A stretch of DNA of 41,199 bases. It comes from Fidelibacterota bacterium. GTDB taxonomy: Bacteria; Fidelibacterota; Marinisomatia; Marinisomatales; TCS56. Positions 26,745-36,618 of the stretch are shown here, in pieces (position 1 is the stretch's first letter; every line of letters begins with the position of its first letter). The translations under genes were made by a program, and so were the position numbers. The stretch is from NCBI GenBank assembly GCA_043822705.1, contig JBDRBK010000009.1:1-41199 (forward strand), given 5' to 3'. A model generated the notes under the pieces. The model was not told where the DNA came from. It was given only the letters and a program-made list of their open reading frames with translations, and ran no database searches.

Positions 26745-29599
26745 TCCGCTTCCCGAACGTCACTTTTATCGGTCGGCGGAGACTGACCGGATTATTGTCG
26801 GCCTGGCTGATTCTTTCCGGGCTGGCAGTCGGCCAATTGTCCCAGCGGGAACTGCTATTCCTGCCCTGGGGTACCGCTGACACGGCCATCGGTCTGCGGG
26901 ACGCGCCCGAAGCGCGCTACGGTCCCGCCGCCTTCGCCGTCAGCGGCGATTCGATTCGCCTGCTGGATGATGTCAATGGTCAACTAAAATTATATCACTC
27001 TGCGGTATTGGTCGACCGGACAGAGCTGCCGGACGGCTATCACGATGATTTCCTGTATGTCGGTCGGAACCATTTTTTTCTGTCGGCGGATAACCAGGTC
27101 AATGAGGTGCGCGACGGTACTATCCGCGCTACTTTCGCATTGCCGGACCGGCAAGAGACAATCGCCGACCTTTCGACCGGTCAATCAGGGCAGTTGCTGA
27201 TTCGAACGGGACGCTCACAGATTTACGAAATCGCCGCCCCCGGCCGATTGCGCCGCTTCGCTCCCCCGGCAGGCTCGTCGGTTACAAGATTTCCGGAAAT
27301 CACCAAGGAAGACTGGCGGACATTTCTTGTCCAGGTCAACGATCAGAACCAGTTTCGCATCACAGCCGACACCGATGATTTTGGTTCCGCCCGTATTCTG
27401 GGCCGCACGCCGACCGGATCGATCTATATCTACCTTGAAACGATCGCCCAAGCGGTGCCCCTGCGCGTCGAGCGGCAGGTCCGGCTGTATGCCCCCGGTG
27501 GCACGATTCAGGCCGTTTTTGAGGTACCAAACCATTCCTATGCCCGGGTGTTCCGGGAATTTCACATCGATCGCGCCGGGAATTTATATCACCTGCTGAC
27601 CGCCAGGGACGGTATCCACGTGCTGGGCTGGTTCCCCGATCCCGCTGGGCCGCCTGATCCGGTTCCGGTCCGCTATCCCGACCGATTCCGGCAATTCGAA
27701 CATTATAATCTGAAAGCATCCCCGGGGGAGATCGATCCGGTGGAGCGGACGGATCAGCGACTGAAATCCAACGATTTCCCGGCGGTCACCCGCGCCGCGG
27801 CACTGGCCATCGGCGATACCTATGTTCAGCATAGCTGGACCGCCACCAGCGCTAATATTACCGGCGGTCGGATTACCGATCCCGACGGCGTCGCCGTCGA
27901 AACGCCGGATTGGGTACGTGTTGGAACCAACAACAAGGTACCATATAAATGGGGTGGATTCGATACGCTGGACAGTTTCGACGCCGGTCTGCTGGCCGGT
28001 AAATATGCCGGTGATAATGCCACTACGGGCGTCAGCCGCTATTGCGTCGGTGTGGACTGTTCCGGGTTTGTTTCGCGCTGCTGGAAACTGCCGAACCATT
28101 ATTCTACCGCGATGATGGACGACGACATCACCATCGCCTATTCCAGCTGGAGCCTGGTACAGCCGGCCGATGCCGTCCACAAAGTCGGTCACGTACGGTT
28201 AGCGGTCAGCAATTACCCCAATGGGGAAATCCTGACCGTCGAATCCGCCGGCCGGGACTGGCGGGTCAGCTACCGTTCCTACAGCTACTATGAATTGACC
28301 GATTACACACCCCGCTATTACCGCTATATCGCCGATTCGACCAGGACGGCCCAACCACTACTGACTACCGTGACCTTCGACGCGCAGGTACATCTGACCT
28401 GGGATATCAGCGACACCAGCTTTCTGGCCGGCTATGCGGCCGATTATTTCGACGGCAGCGCCTGGCTGTCATTGACCGCCGACCAACTGCTACCGGCCGA
28501 CCGGACCAGCGTCAAATATGACTGGCCGATTGACGGAGCGCCACTCTACACCAGACTAGCCAGTGTCTCAACCGATGCTATCGTCAGTCCCCGTTCCGAC
28601 GGCTACGGTTGTTTTGATGCCGGCACAGCCGACCGGGTCCTGATCGTGGATGGTTTCGACTGCACCAGCGGCAGTTATTCCAAGACCAGTCATGAATTTG
28701 CCCTGTCCGTCGGCCAGAGCGTGGCCGCGGCTGGTATTGCGTTCGCCACCGCCGCCAATGACGCCCTGCTGGCCGGCACATTACAAGCAGACGATTATAC
28801 CGCCGTTTTCTGGCTGTTAGGCGACGAAAGCACCGCCGATGAAACACTGTCGTCGGAGGAACAGCAAATCGTCCGTGATTATCTGCGCCAGGGTGGCCGT
28901 TTGTTCATCAGCGGTTCGGAACTAGCCTGGGATTTGGACTGGCGCGGAACCACCGCCGATCAGGCTTTTATCCGCGACTACCTGAAAGTCAAGCTCGATA
29001 ACGATGACGCCAACAGTAACCTGGTCAACGGTGAAGCAGGTACGATCTTCGAAAATGTATCGCTGCAATTTGACGACGGCAGTCACGGCGTTTACCGTGA
29101 AGATTATCCCGATTCCTACCTGGTCCAGTCCGGAGGCGAGGTGCTGTTGCGCTATGACAACGACCAGGTGGCCGCCGTCGGCTTCCGCGGAAAGGTATCC
29201 AATGGTAAACAACCAGCCCGCGTGCTGGTTCTGGGCTTCCCGGTCGAGACCGTGTACGATCGAACTGAACGCGATCTGCTGGTTAGCAAGGTGCTGGAAT
29301 TCCTGGATGTGGACAGCACCACGGCGGTACCGCCGGAATCGTTTGCGCTGCAGGGTAATTATCCCAATCCGTTTCCGGACTACACCACTATCGCCTTCGA
29401 GAACCGGGTCGAGCAACAAATCCGATTAACAGTTTATGATTTGCTGGGCCGGCAGGTAGCAACCGTCACCGACGAGGTTTTTCCCGTCGGTCCGCAGACC
29501 GTCAAATTCGTCCCCGACCGTCTGGCAAGCGGTCTTTATATCTATGTTTTACGATCCGATAAATACCAGGAACAGGGGAAAATGGTCCTGATCAAATAA
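26741..29599 (+). CDS. Multidomain secreted protein with NlpC/P60-like cysteine hydrolase domain and T9SS-type C-terminal domain
   Basis: PYKWGG...GVDCSGFVSRCW...GHVRL..VES; C-terminal NYPNPF...VYDLLGRQV...SGLYIY...KMVLIK. ATG overlaps the upstream stop. Confidence 0.82.
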   Translation: MIRFPNVTFIGRRRLTGLLSAWLILSGLAVGQLSQRELLFLPWGTADTAIGLRDAPEARYGPAAFAVSGDSIRLLDDVNGQLKLYHSAVLVDRTELPDGYHDDFLYVGRNHFFLSADNQVNEVRDGTIRATFALPDRQETIADLSTGQSGQLLIRTGRSQIYEIAAPGRLRRFAPPAGSSVTRFPEITKEDWRTFLVQVNDQNQFRITADTDDFGSARILGRTPTGSIYIYLETIAQAVPLRVERQVRLYAPGGTIQAVFEVPNHSYARVFREFHIDRAGNLYHLLTARDGIHVLGWFPDPAGPPDPVPVRYPDRFRQFEHYNLKASPGEIDPVERTDQRLKSNDFPAVTRAAALAIGDTYVQHSWTATSANITGGRITDPDGVAVETPDWVRVGTNNKVPYKWGGFDTLDSFDAGLLAGKYAGDNATTGVSRYCVGVDCSGFVSRCWKLPNHYSTAMMDDDITIAYSSWSLVQPADAVHKVGHVRLAVSNYPNGEILTVESAGRDWRVSYRSYSYYELTDYTPRYYRYIADSTRTAQPLLTTVTFDAQVHLTWDISDTSFLAGYAADYFDGSAWLSLTADQLLPADRTSVKYDWPIDGAPLYTRLASVSTDAIVSPRSDGYGCFDAGTADRVLIVDGFDCTSGSYSKTSHEFALSVGQSVAAAGIAFATAANDALLAGTLQADDYTAVFWLLGDESTADETLSSEEQQIVRDYLRQGGRLFISGSELAWDLDWRGTTADQAFIRDYLKVKLDNDDANSNLVNGEAGTIFENVSLQFDDGSHGVYREDYPDSYLVQSGGEVLLRYDNDQVAAVGFRGKVSNGKQPARVLVLGFPVETVYDRTERDLLVSKVLEFLDVDSTTAVPPESFALQGNYPNPFPDYTTIAFENRVEQQIRLTVYDLLGRQVATVTDEVFPVGPQTVKFVPDRLASGLYIYVLRSDKYQEQGKMVLIK

Positions 29600-29602
29600 C
29601 GG

Positions 29603-31318
29603 TCATTCCACCGGACCGTCACCAGCATTCATCTCGTAACTGTCCTTCAGCGAATACACAAATTTATCCAGAATCCCCTGATAACGCGCCGGATCCACCG
29701 CCGGTTGGCGGATCATCCGGCGACAGAACCAGCGCTGGCGGACCGTGCTGCCGGTCTTGGAATACAGGTTCAATGCAAATTTCGAGAAATCCCTGATCAT
29801 GCAGTCGAAAATCTGGTCCAGCAGTTCCAGGTCGAGATGATCCAGCTGGAATTTCTCGATGATCAACTGGCCGTAGACCACCAGCGAGAATAATTCACCA
29901 AGATTGAGTAGAAAATCGAAATCGGTAATTTGGTTTTTATCGGGGCGGGCCAGCAGCAAAAAGCCCTTCAGCATGGCGATCTGCTTCCGGAAGATGTGGA
30001 CGTTGGGCAGGTCGACCGACCGATAGGCGATCCGGTAGTCATGGAACCTGATTTTGCTCAGCCCGCTGGTGGTACCCTGATCAAACAGGAAATCGTCATT
30101 GGCCGGATCGTTTCGCAGGGGAATATCGGCGTAGGCCTGGGAGCGGAAGAAATAATTGGCCATAAACTTGATGATCAGGGCCATATTGACGTGCACCGTG
30201 CCCTCCAGTTTGGGAAGTGCGCGGATGTCACGGGCCGCCAGCTCGAAATACATGTCCTTTTCGAAGCCCTTGGCGGCGATCACGTCCCACAGCAGGTTGA
30301 TCACTTCCTCACCCTGGGTGGTGACCTTCATCTTTACCATGGGATTGTACAGCAGGTAGCGCCGGTCCGCGGAATTGGCCGAACGCAGGTAATCGGCGGC
30401 GCGGGCGGCGAATAATTTCATTGCCGCCAGGCGGACGAAAGCATCGGTGAAATTCTGTTTGATATGAGTGAATTCGGTTACGAAGCTGCCAAACAACTTG
30501 CGCTGAGCGGCATGGTTCAGCGCTTCGTAAAAGGCGTGGGTGCAGATGCCTATCGAGGCCCAGCCCAGATTGTACTTGCCGACGTTGACGGTGTTCAGAG
30601 AAGCATCCCAGGCCGTCCGACCGGTGGAAAGAATATCATCCGGCGAAACGGGGTAATCATTCAGCCGGAATTCCGCCACATAATTCTGGGAATTGCAGAT
30701 GTTCTGGACGCACTCGAATTTTTCGTGCTGGGAATCGACGATGAAAAAAACATAATCATCACTGTCGGCGATCCGGCCGAAAACCGAAACTAGCGCCGCC
30801 TGGTTGGCATTGCCGATATAGTATTTTTCCCCTTCCGCCAGATAACTGCCGTCAGGCTGCGGTTTCAGCTTCATGGCGCTGGCATAGATATCGGCGCCGT
30901 GCTCTTTTTCCGACAGACCAAAGGCAAAGATGCCACCCCGATCCAGCAGGCAGGCCGTTTTCGTTTTGACCGGCTGATTGGCACTCATCCAGATCGGTCC
31001 CAGGCCCAGGATTGTCACCTGCCAGGTATACCAGTAGGCCAGACCATAGAAACCCAAAACTTCATTCATGGCAGCGATCCGGTTGGTATCCCAGCGCCGA
31101 TCGTTGTCGATTATTCCCGCCGGTGTCAGAAACGTAGCAAAGATCTTTTCACGGGCGACAAAATCCAGGAACTCCTGGTACCAAACCCGTTCGTGATCGT
31201 CGTGCTTGATCCAACGTTTACCCCGGTCTTCGAACCAGCGGACCGTTTTCAGCAACAACTCCCGGGTAACCGGATCGAATTGTTCAAAGCTTTCCTGGGC
31301 GGGATTCAGAAGGATCAT
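29603..31318 (-). CDS. Acyl-CoA dehydrogenase (FadE23/24-like)
   Basis: FGLSEKEHGAD, GEKYYIGNA, RKLFG, LPKLEGTVHVN (catalytic Glu). Confidence 0.92.
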   Translation of the reverse strand: MILLNPAQESFEQFDPVTRELLLKTVRWFEDRGKRWIKHDDHERVWYQEFLDFVAREKIFATFLTPAGIIDNDRRWDTNRIAAMNEVLGFYGLAYWYTWQVTILGLGPIWMSANQPVKTKTACLLDRGGIFAFGLSEKEHGADIYASAMKLKPQPDGSYLAEGEKYYIGNANQAALVSVFGRIADSDDYVFFIVDSQHEKFECVQNICNSQNYVAEFRLNDYPVSPDDILSTGRTAWDASLNTVNVGKYNLGWASIGICTHAFYEALNHAAQRKLFGSFVTEFTHIKQNFTDAFVRLAAMKLFAARAADYLRSANSADRRYLLYNPMVKMKVTTQGEEVINLLWDVIAAKGFEKDMYFELAARDIRALPKLEGTVHVNMALIIKFMANYFFRSQAYADIPLRNDPANDDFLFDQGTTSGLSKIRFHDYRIAYRSVDLPNVHIFRKQIAMLKGFLLLARPDKNQITDFDFLLNLGELFSLVVYGQLIIEKFQLDHLDLELLDQIFDCMIRDFSKFALNLYSKTGSTVRQRWFCRRMIRQPAVDPARYQGILDKFVYSLKDSYEMNAGDGPVE

Positions 31319-31463
31319 AGACACCCCCGATGATTATTATTTTGTTTCTTGCTGTCTGTCTTGGCGGATCACTGCTGCTTATTACCTTCGTTAATCTACG
31401 TCACCGGCACCAGACTGACAAGCGCAGGCACTGAATTAGGCTCGGGATAATATCGGTCAATCC

Positions 31464-32567
31464 TCACTTGACCAGAAGCAGTTTGCGATTAATGGTCTGA
31501 TTCCCCTGGCAGAGACGATAAATATAAACTCCGCTGCCTGCCTTCGAACCAAAATCGGTATCGCCGTTCCAAGTCGTCCGCTGAACTCCGGCTGTCTGGA
31601 CCTGGTTGACCAACGTGGCCAGCTTTTGGCCGGTCAGACTGTATACGGCCAGCGATACCGGTCCATTCATAGCTAATTCATATTCAATGGTCGTAGACGG
31701 GTTGAACGGATTGGGATAATTCTGATTGAGCCGGAATTGGCGCGGCAGGCGGGCAGCATCTGCCACCGATGTCGACAGACCGGCATCGACCCAGGCCGTG
31801 TACCAGATGCTGGCTAGATCGAGGATGGCGCGATGGATCGACGCTGTCGTGGCTGAATCCAGTGCGGCCCACATCAGGTTATAGTAGGTGCTTCCGTAAT
31901 TAGGATCATAGGATTTGGCATAATCATCGGCCTGCATCACAAGATCCACTGTCGGGTAAATTTCATCGATATAACCGAAAACCGAATCGATCGGACTGGC
32001 CCAGTAAAGCGCCTCACCAACCGGCAGCGGCAGTCCGCTGAGCCGGTAGTTTATCATCGTCGACTCATAACGCGAATGTATATAATCATTCCCGGTTAAT
32101 TGCCCGTTGTAATTCAGGGTCAGATGCAGCGCCTGGTGCGAATCGGCGATATAATGCCCCAGTTCGGCCGCAACCTGCATGGCATCGCTCCAGTAACCGT
32201 CAGCCAGCAGTTGCGTTAGCGTTGCGGTCCAGTCCTCGATCACCCAGGGCACCGTACCGTTGTTATTAACTGTGTACAGCGGATACAGCGCCGTTATCCC
32301 GGCCCAGGTATGCGGCAGCGTGCCGGCTAAGAATTCGGGATAATAGTCGATGTCGATATAATGATAATACGAGGGAAAAGAATCTCCATCCGGATCGGTA
32401 GAATGTTGCCGTAAAAATTCGCGATTTTCCTTGAAGGAAGTCATCTCGGCCGGCAGGTAATCGACGGCAGCGGCATTGATGTAGCGATGTGAATCCCAGC
32501 CCCAGCCGAAAAGCGGCCCGGTATTCACGGTGAGTAAAAAGATCAGCAGTGGTACTATATTTTTCAT
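31464..32567 (-). CDS. Zn-dependent phospholipase C / S1-P1 nuclease family enzyme with T9SS-type C-terminal domain
   Basis: Mature N-terminus W-GWDSH, YHYIDID, GHYIADSHQALH, IHSRYE; C-terminal QNYPNPFNPST...GVYIYRL...KLLLVK. Confidence 0.88.
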   Translation of the reverse strand: MKNIVPLLIFLLTVNTGPLFGWGWDSHRYINAAAVDYLPAEMTSFKENREFLRQHSTDPDGDSFPSYYHYIDIDYYPEFLAGTLPHTWAGITALYPLYTVNNNGTVPWVIEDWTATLTQLLADGYWSDAMQVAAELGHYIADSHQALHLTLNYNGQLTGNDYIHSRYESTMINYRLSGLPLPVGEALYWASPIDSVFGYIDEIYPTVDLVMQADDYAKSYDPNYGSTYYNLMWAALDSATTASIHRAILDLASIWYTAWVDAGLSTSVADAARLPRQFRLNQNYPNPFNPSTTIEYELAMNGPVSLAVYSLTGQKLATLVNQVQTAGVQRTTWNGDTDFGSKAGSGVYIYRLCQGNQTINRKLLLVK

Positions 32568-32738
32568 TATGTGCCTGGTTTTACAGCCGGAAATTTAGGC
32601 ACTTGACCGGCAGTTTGGTCAGTAAAAGTCCCGCGATAAATCCAGGAACGATGATTAAGCTGCACTTGTCCCGGGCAGTAATGTATATTTTCAGACAATT
32701 TTCACTGATTCAAGTCATTCAATCGGAGGTCGGACAAA

Positions 32739-34403
32739 ATGTCGCTTAAAAATGCTCCTCATTTTCTCCTGATACTACTACTGCTCACTGCTTGCGCCGT
32801 TGTAAAAAAGAATCCTGCCGAACAATCGTTCAACACCACCGATGTGGCGCGGGCGGAAAAGTTGATCGGCCTGGAATTTTCCGCGGCCAAGCGCGATTCG
32901 ATGCTGGAAAGTCTGGAATACAATCTGACCTGCTATAAAATAATCCGCGAACTACACCTTGAAAATGCCGTTCCGCCGGCGCTGCGATTCGATCCGCTCC
33001 CGGAAAATTTCAATCCTGATTACGTCCTTGCCACCGCGCCTCCGCCCCTTCCACGGGATGTGGCGCTGCCGGAGAATCCGGAGGATCTGGCCTTCTACAC
33101 GGTCGCCGAACTGAGCGAACTCTTGCGGACTCGCCAAGTCAGTTCGCGCCAATTGATGGAGCTGTACCTGGATCGATTGCAGCGCTACGGACCGGAGTTG
33201 GAATGCGTGGTCACCCTGACCACCGAGCTGGCCCGTGAACAGGCCGACCGGGCCGATGCCGAAATCGCCGCCGGTAACTATCGCGGTCCCCTGCACGGCA
33301 TTCCCTATGGCGCCAAGGATTTACTGGCGGTGGCGGGCTATCCTACGACCTGGGGGGCAGTCCCCTATCAGGAGCAGGTCATCGATGAAACGGCCACGGT
33401 AATCAAGAAACTGGACGAAGCCGGCGCCGTGCTGGTGGCCAAGCTGACCCTGGGTGCCCTGGCCTGGGGCGATGTCTGGTTCGGTGGCATGACCCGCAAT
33501 CCCTGGAACCTGGAACAGGGTTCCAGCGGCTCTTCCGCCGGTCCCGGCTCGGCCACGGCCGCCGGTCTGGTGGCTTTCGCCATCGGCTCCGAAACCTGGG
33601 GCTCGATCGTCTCCCCAGCCAATCGCTGCGGCGTCACCGGGTTGCGTCCGACTTACGACCGCGTCTGCCGGACCGGCGCCATGACGCTGAGCTGGTCGAT
33701 GGACAAGCTGGGACCGATGTGCCGGTCGGTGGAGGACTGCGCCTTGGTGCTGGCAGGCATTTACGGTCCCACGGAAACGGACAAGTCGGCGTTCGATATT
33801 CCGTTTGCTTTCAATCCGGAAGTTGACCTGAAGTCGCTGAAAATCGGTTATCTGAAGGAAGCCTTCGAGGAGGATTACCCTGCGCGGGAGAATGACCGCA
33901 AGGTGCTGGAAGTACTGACGAGCCTGGGGGCGGAATTGATCCCGATCGGCCTGCCCGATCTGCCGGTGGCGGAATTGGGCTTTATCCTGAGTGCCGAAGC
34001 CGCCGCTGCTTTCGATGATCTGACCCTGTCCGGCCGCGACGATCTGCTGGTCCGCCAGATCAAAAATGCCTGGCCCAACGAATTCCGCACCTCCCGATTC
34101 ATCCCGGCGGTGGAGTATATTCAGGCCAACCGCGTACGTTACCAACTGGTCCGGCAGATGCAGGAATTATTCCAAAGAATCGACGTCTATGTTGCGCCTT
34201 CATTCGGCGGTGATAATCTGTTACTGACTAATCTCACCGGCCACCCCTGCGTCGTTGTTCCCAACGGATTCGACGCCGAAGGTTCACCGACCAGCATCAG
34301 TTTTATCGGTCGGCTGTTCGACGAGAACACGACACTGGCGCTGGCGCGGCAATATCAACAGGCCACGGACTGGCACCGGCAATATCCGCCGCGCTACAAA
34401 TAA
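32739..34403 (+). CDS. Amidase-signature family lipoprotein
   Basis: Lipobox LTA-C; GPLHGIPYGAKD, GSSGSSAG and GSETWGSIVSP give the Lys-cisSer-Ser triad. Confidence 0.93.
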   Translation: MSLKNAPHFLLILLLLTACAVVKKNPAEQSFNTTDVARAEKLIGLEFSAAKRDSMLESLEYNLTCYKIIRELHLENAVPPALRFDPLPENFNPDYVLATAPPPLPRDVALPENPEDLAFYTVAELSELLRTRQVSSRQLMELYLDRLQRYGPELECVVTLTTELAREQADRADAEIAAGNYRGPLHGIPYGAKDLLAVAGYPTTWGAVPYQEQVIDETATVIKKLDEAGAVLVAKLTLGALAWGDVWFGGMTRNPWNLEQGSSGSSAGPGSATAAGLVAFAIGSETWGSIVSPANRCGVTGLRPTYDRVCRTGAMTLSWSMDKLGPMCRSVEDCALVLAGIYGPTETDKSAFDIPFAFNPEVDLKSLKIGYLKEAFEEDYPARENDRKVLEVLTSLGAELIPIGLPDLPVAELGFILSAEAAAAFDDLTLSGRDDLLVRQIKNAWPNEFRTSRFIPAVEYIQANRVRYQLVRQMQELFQRIDVYVAPSFGGDNLLLTNLTGHPCVVVPNGFDAEGSPTSISFIGRLFDENTTLALARQYQQATDWHRQYPPRYK

Positions 34404-34413
34404 AATTCCGCCG

Positions 34414-35259
34414 TCAGCGATTCGGTTTCTGGCCTAGGCGGTAGTGACCGGCGATGATCGCGGCGAACAATTTATCGGGCAGTAGCTTTTTCACCAGGAT
34501 CGATATTTTCTGATCCCAGGCGCCTACCCGGTAGCGCAGCCGCGGATTGCGGCAGGCTATAATCCGTTCGATCAAGCGTGCCACCTTATCCGGGTCTTTA
34601 CCGCCGGTTTCATCGGCCTCGATTACTTTCAGGACGGTCGGGAAATCCGGATACAGATCCGGTTCCGAGCGGACGCGCTCAATCCGGCGGCGACTTCCGG
34701 TAAATCCGGTGGAAAAGTCACCCGGTTCGACCAGCACGACCCGAATACCCTGCGGTCGCAACTCCTGGTAGAGCGCTTCCGAGAATCCTTCCAGGGCAAA
34801 TTTGGAGGCGCTGTAAAAACCCTGATATGGCAGACCGATCAGGCCGCCCAGCGAACTAATGTTGATTATCTGACCGCCGGCCTGCTGCCGTAGTACCGGT
34901 ATTACTGCACGACAGACCCGTTGAACACCGAAGAAATTGGTATCGAACTGGGCCTTGGCCTCAGCCGTCGATGTCAACTCCGCCGGACCGCAAATACCAA
35001 ATCCGGCATTATTGATCACCGTGTCCAGTCGTCCCGCCTCGTCCAGGAGGGCGGTGACGGCCGACCGAACCGAGGCGGATGAATTGACGTCCATTTCCAG
35101 CATTTTCACCGCCGGCAAATTACGGTCCGTGTCAACTGAATTGAGCCGCCGGGAACTGCCGTACACACGGTGGCCTGCACGTGCCAGCCGTAGCGCCGTC
35201 GCCCGGCCGATGCCGGAAGAGGCGCCCGTCACCAGGATCACCTTGGGTTTTTTATTCAT
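34414..35259 (-). CDS. Short-chain dehydrogenase/reductase (candidate 3-ketodihydrosphingosine reductase)
   Basis: TGASSGIG, NNAG, ISS, YSASK; starts 16 nt after the SPT-like stop. Confidence 0.92.
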   Translation of the reverse strand: MNKKPKVILVTGASSGIGRATALRLARAGHRVYGSSRRLNSVDTDRNLPAVKMLEMDVNSSASVRSAVTALLDEAGRLDTVINNAGFGICGPAELTSTAEAKAQFDTNFFGVQRVCRAVIPVLRQQAGGQIINISSLGGLIGLPYQGFYSASKFALEGFSEALYQELRPQGIRVVLVEPGDFSTGFTGSRRRIERVRSEPDLYPDFPTVLKVIEADETGGKDPDKVARLIERIIACRNPRLRYRVGAWDQKISILVKKLLPDKLFAAIIAGHYRLGQKPNR

Positions 35260-35275
35260 TTGAAATTACCCGCTA

Positions 35276-36559
35276 TTATTGCCGCAGGGCCGACTGCCAG
35301 GAACCGTTGATGCAACCGTATTTTTTACCGACCCGATGGAATTTATCCAGGCAAAAATCCAGTTGCTCGCGACTGTGGGTGGCCATGTAACTGGTCCGCA
35401 GCAGCGCCCGGCCCTTCGGTACCGCCGGAGCCACGATCGGATTGGTGTACACGCCTTCCGCCAGCAGTTCCTTCCAGATGTTGAAGGTTTTAACATCGGG
35501 TCCGATGATAATCGGGATTACCGGCGAGTCGCTGGTGCCGGTATCGTAACCCATCTGCTGCAGGTTGGCGCGCATATAGTTGGCGTTCTCCCACAGTCGG
35601 GCCCGCCGTTCCGGTTCCCGTTTCAGAATTTCCAGCGCTTTCCTGACCGTGGCCACGTTGACCGGCGGCAGGGCGGCTGTGAAAATCATCGTGCGCGTGT
35701 GGTGCTTGAGGTAATCGACGACAATATCATCGCCGGCGATGAAACCTCCTACTCCGGCCAGGGATTTGCTGAATGTTCCCATGATCAGATCGACTTCGGC
35801 GGACAACCCGAAATGTCCGACGGTACCCTGTCCCTGCGGACCGAATACGCCGATCGAATGGGCCTCGTCGACCATCGTCCGGGCGCCGTGCTGCCGGGCG
35901 ATCTTTACCAGTTGCGGCAGGTCCACGACGTCACCTTCCATGCTGAAAACGCCATCGGTAACCACCAGCCGGGCACGGGTGCGGTCGGCTACGGCCATGA
36001 CCCGGTCCAGGTCCTGCATGTCATTATGACGATAACGGACCACTTCGACCCGGGAAAAGCGGGCGCCATCGACGATCGAGGCATGATTCAATTCATCACT
36101 GAACAGCAAATCTTCGGGTGTCACCGTCGCTGCTATTACTCCCAGATTGACATTGAAGCCAGCGGAAAATACCAGCGCGCGGGCCTTCCCCACGAAAGCC
36201 GCCAGTTCCGCTTCCAATTGCTCGTGCAGGATCAGGTTGCCGTTCAGGAAGCGGCTGCCGGTAAGTCCGGACCCGTACTGCCGTAACGCCTGGACGCCGG
36301 CCTCGATAATTTCCGGATGATTGGTCAATCCCAGGTAATTATTCGAGCCCAGCATGATTTTCCGCTCACCGGCGATCGTTACGTCGGTGGCGTCGGAAAT
36401 GGCGATTTGGGGAAAATATGGATAGTAGCCCAGGGCGCGGGCGGTCTGGGCCCGCGTGAAGGCGTACATCTTGTTGAAAACATCGGGGTACTTCCCGAAA
36501 TACTGCTCCCTAGCAGCATGCATTTTTTGTAAGGCAATATCTTTAAATTCCAGTAACAT
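35276..36559 (-). CDS. Alpha-oxoamine synthase, serine palmitoyltransferase-like
   Basis: YYPYF, MLGSNNYLGL, NHASIVDG, DGVFSMEGD, DEAHS, GTFSKS (PLP lysine). These resemble bacterial SPTs more than BioF. Confidence 0.85.
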   Translation of the reverse strand: MLLEFKDIALQKMHAAREQYFGKYPDVFNKMYAFTRAQTARALGYYPYFPQIAISDATDVTIAGERKIMLGSNNYLGLTNHPEIIEAGVQALRQYGSGLTGSRFLNGNLILHEQLEAELAAFVGKARALVFSAGFNVNLGVIAATVTPEDLLFSDELNHASIVDGARFSRVEVVRYRHNDMQDLDRVMAVADRTRARLVVTDGVFSMEGDVVDLPQLVKIARQHGARTMVDEAHSIGVFGPQGQGTVGHFGLSAEVDLIMGTFSKSLAGVGGFIAGDDIVVDYLKHHTRTMIFTAALPPVNVATVRKALEILKREPERRARLWENANYMRANLQQMGYDTGTSDSPVIPIIIGPDVKTFNIWKELLAEGVYTNPIVAPAVPKGRALLRTSYMATHSREQLDFCLDKFHRVGKKYGCINGSWQSALRQ

Positions 36560-36565
36560 AACGAT

Positions 36566-36615
36566 CTCCCAAAGGTTAGCGATTCGACTCTGATAGCCCG
36601 AAATGCCGTTGGGAG
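36566..36615 (-). promoter_or_regulatory. RBS-sequestering hairpin upstream of the SPT-like gene
   Basis: On the minus strand, CTCCCAA (36615-36609) is complementary to TTGGGAG (36572-36566), which contains the GGGAG RBS 6 nt before the ATG. Confidence 0.6.
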
Positions 36616-36618
36616 GTG

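Noticed and set aside
33321..34145. 274-aa antisense ORF
   Set aside because: Shadow of the amidase gene; no motifs.
35279..36286. 335-aa plus-strand ORF
   Set aside because: Antisense shadow of the SPT-like gene, expected from its codon bias.
35276..36559. Calling the PLP enzyme bioF
   Set aside because: No biotin genes nearby, and the YPYF and GTFSKS motifs fit SPT-like proteins better; the symbol is withheld pending phylogeny.
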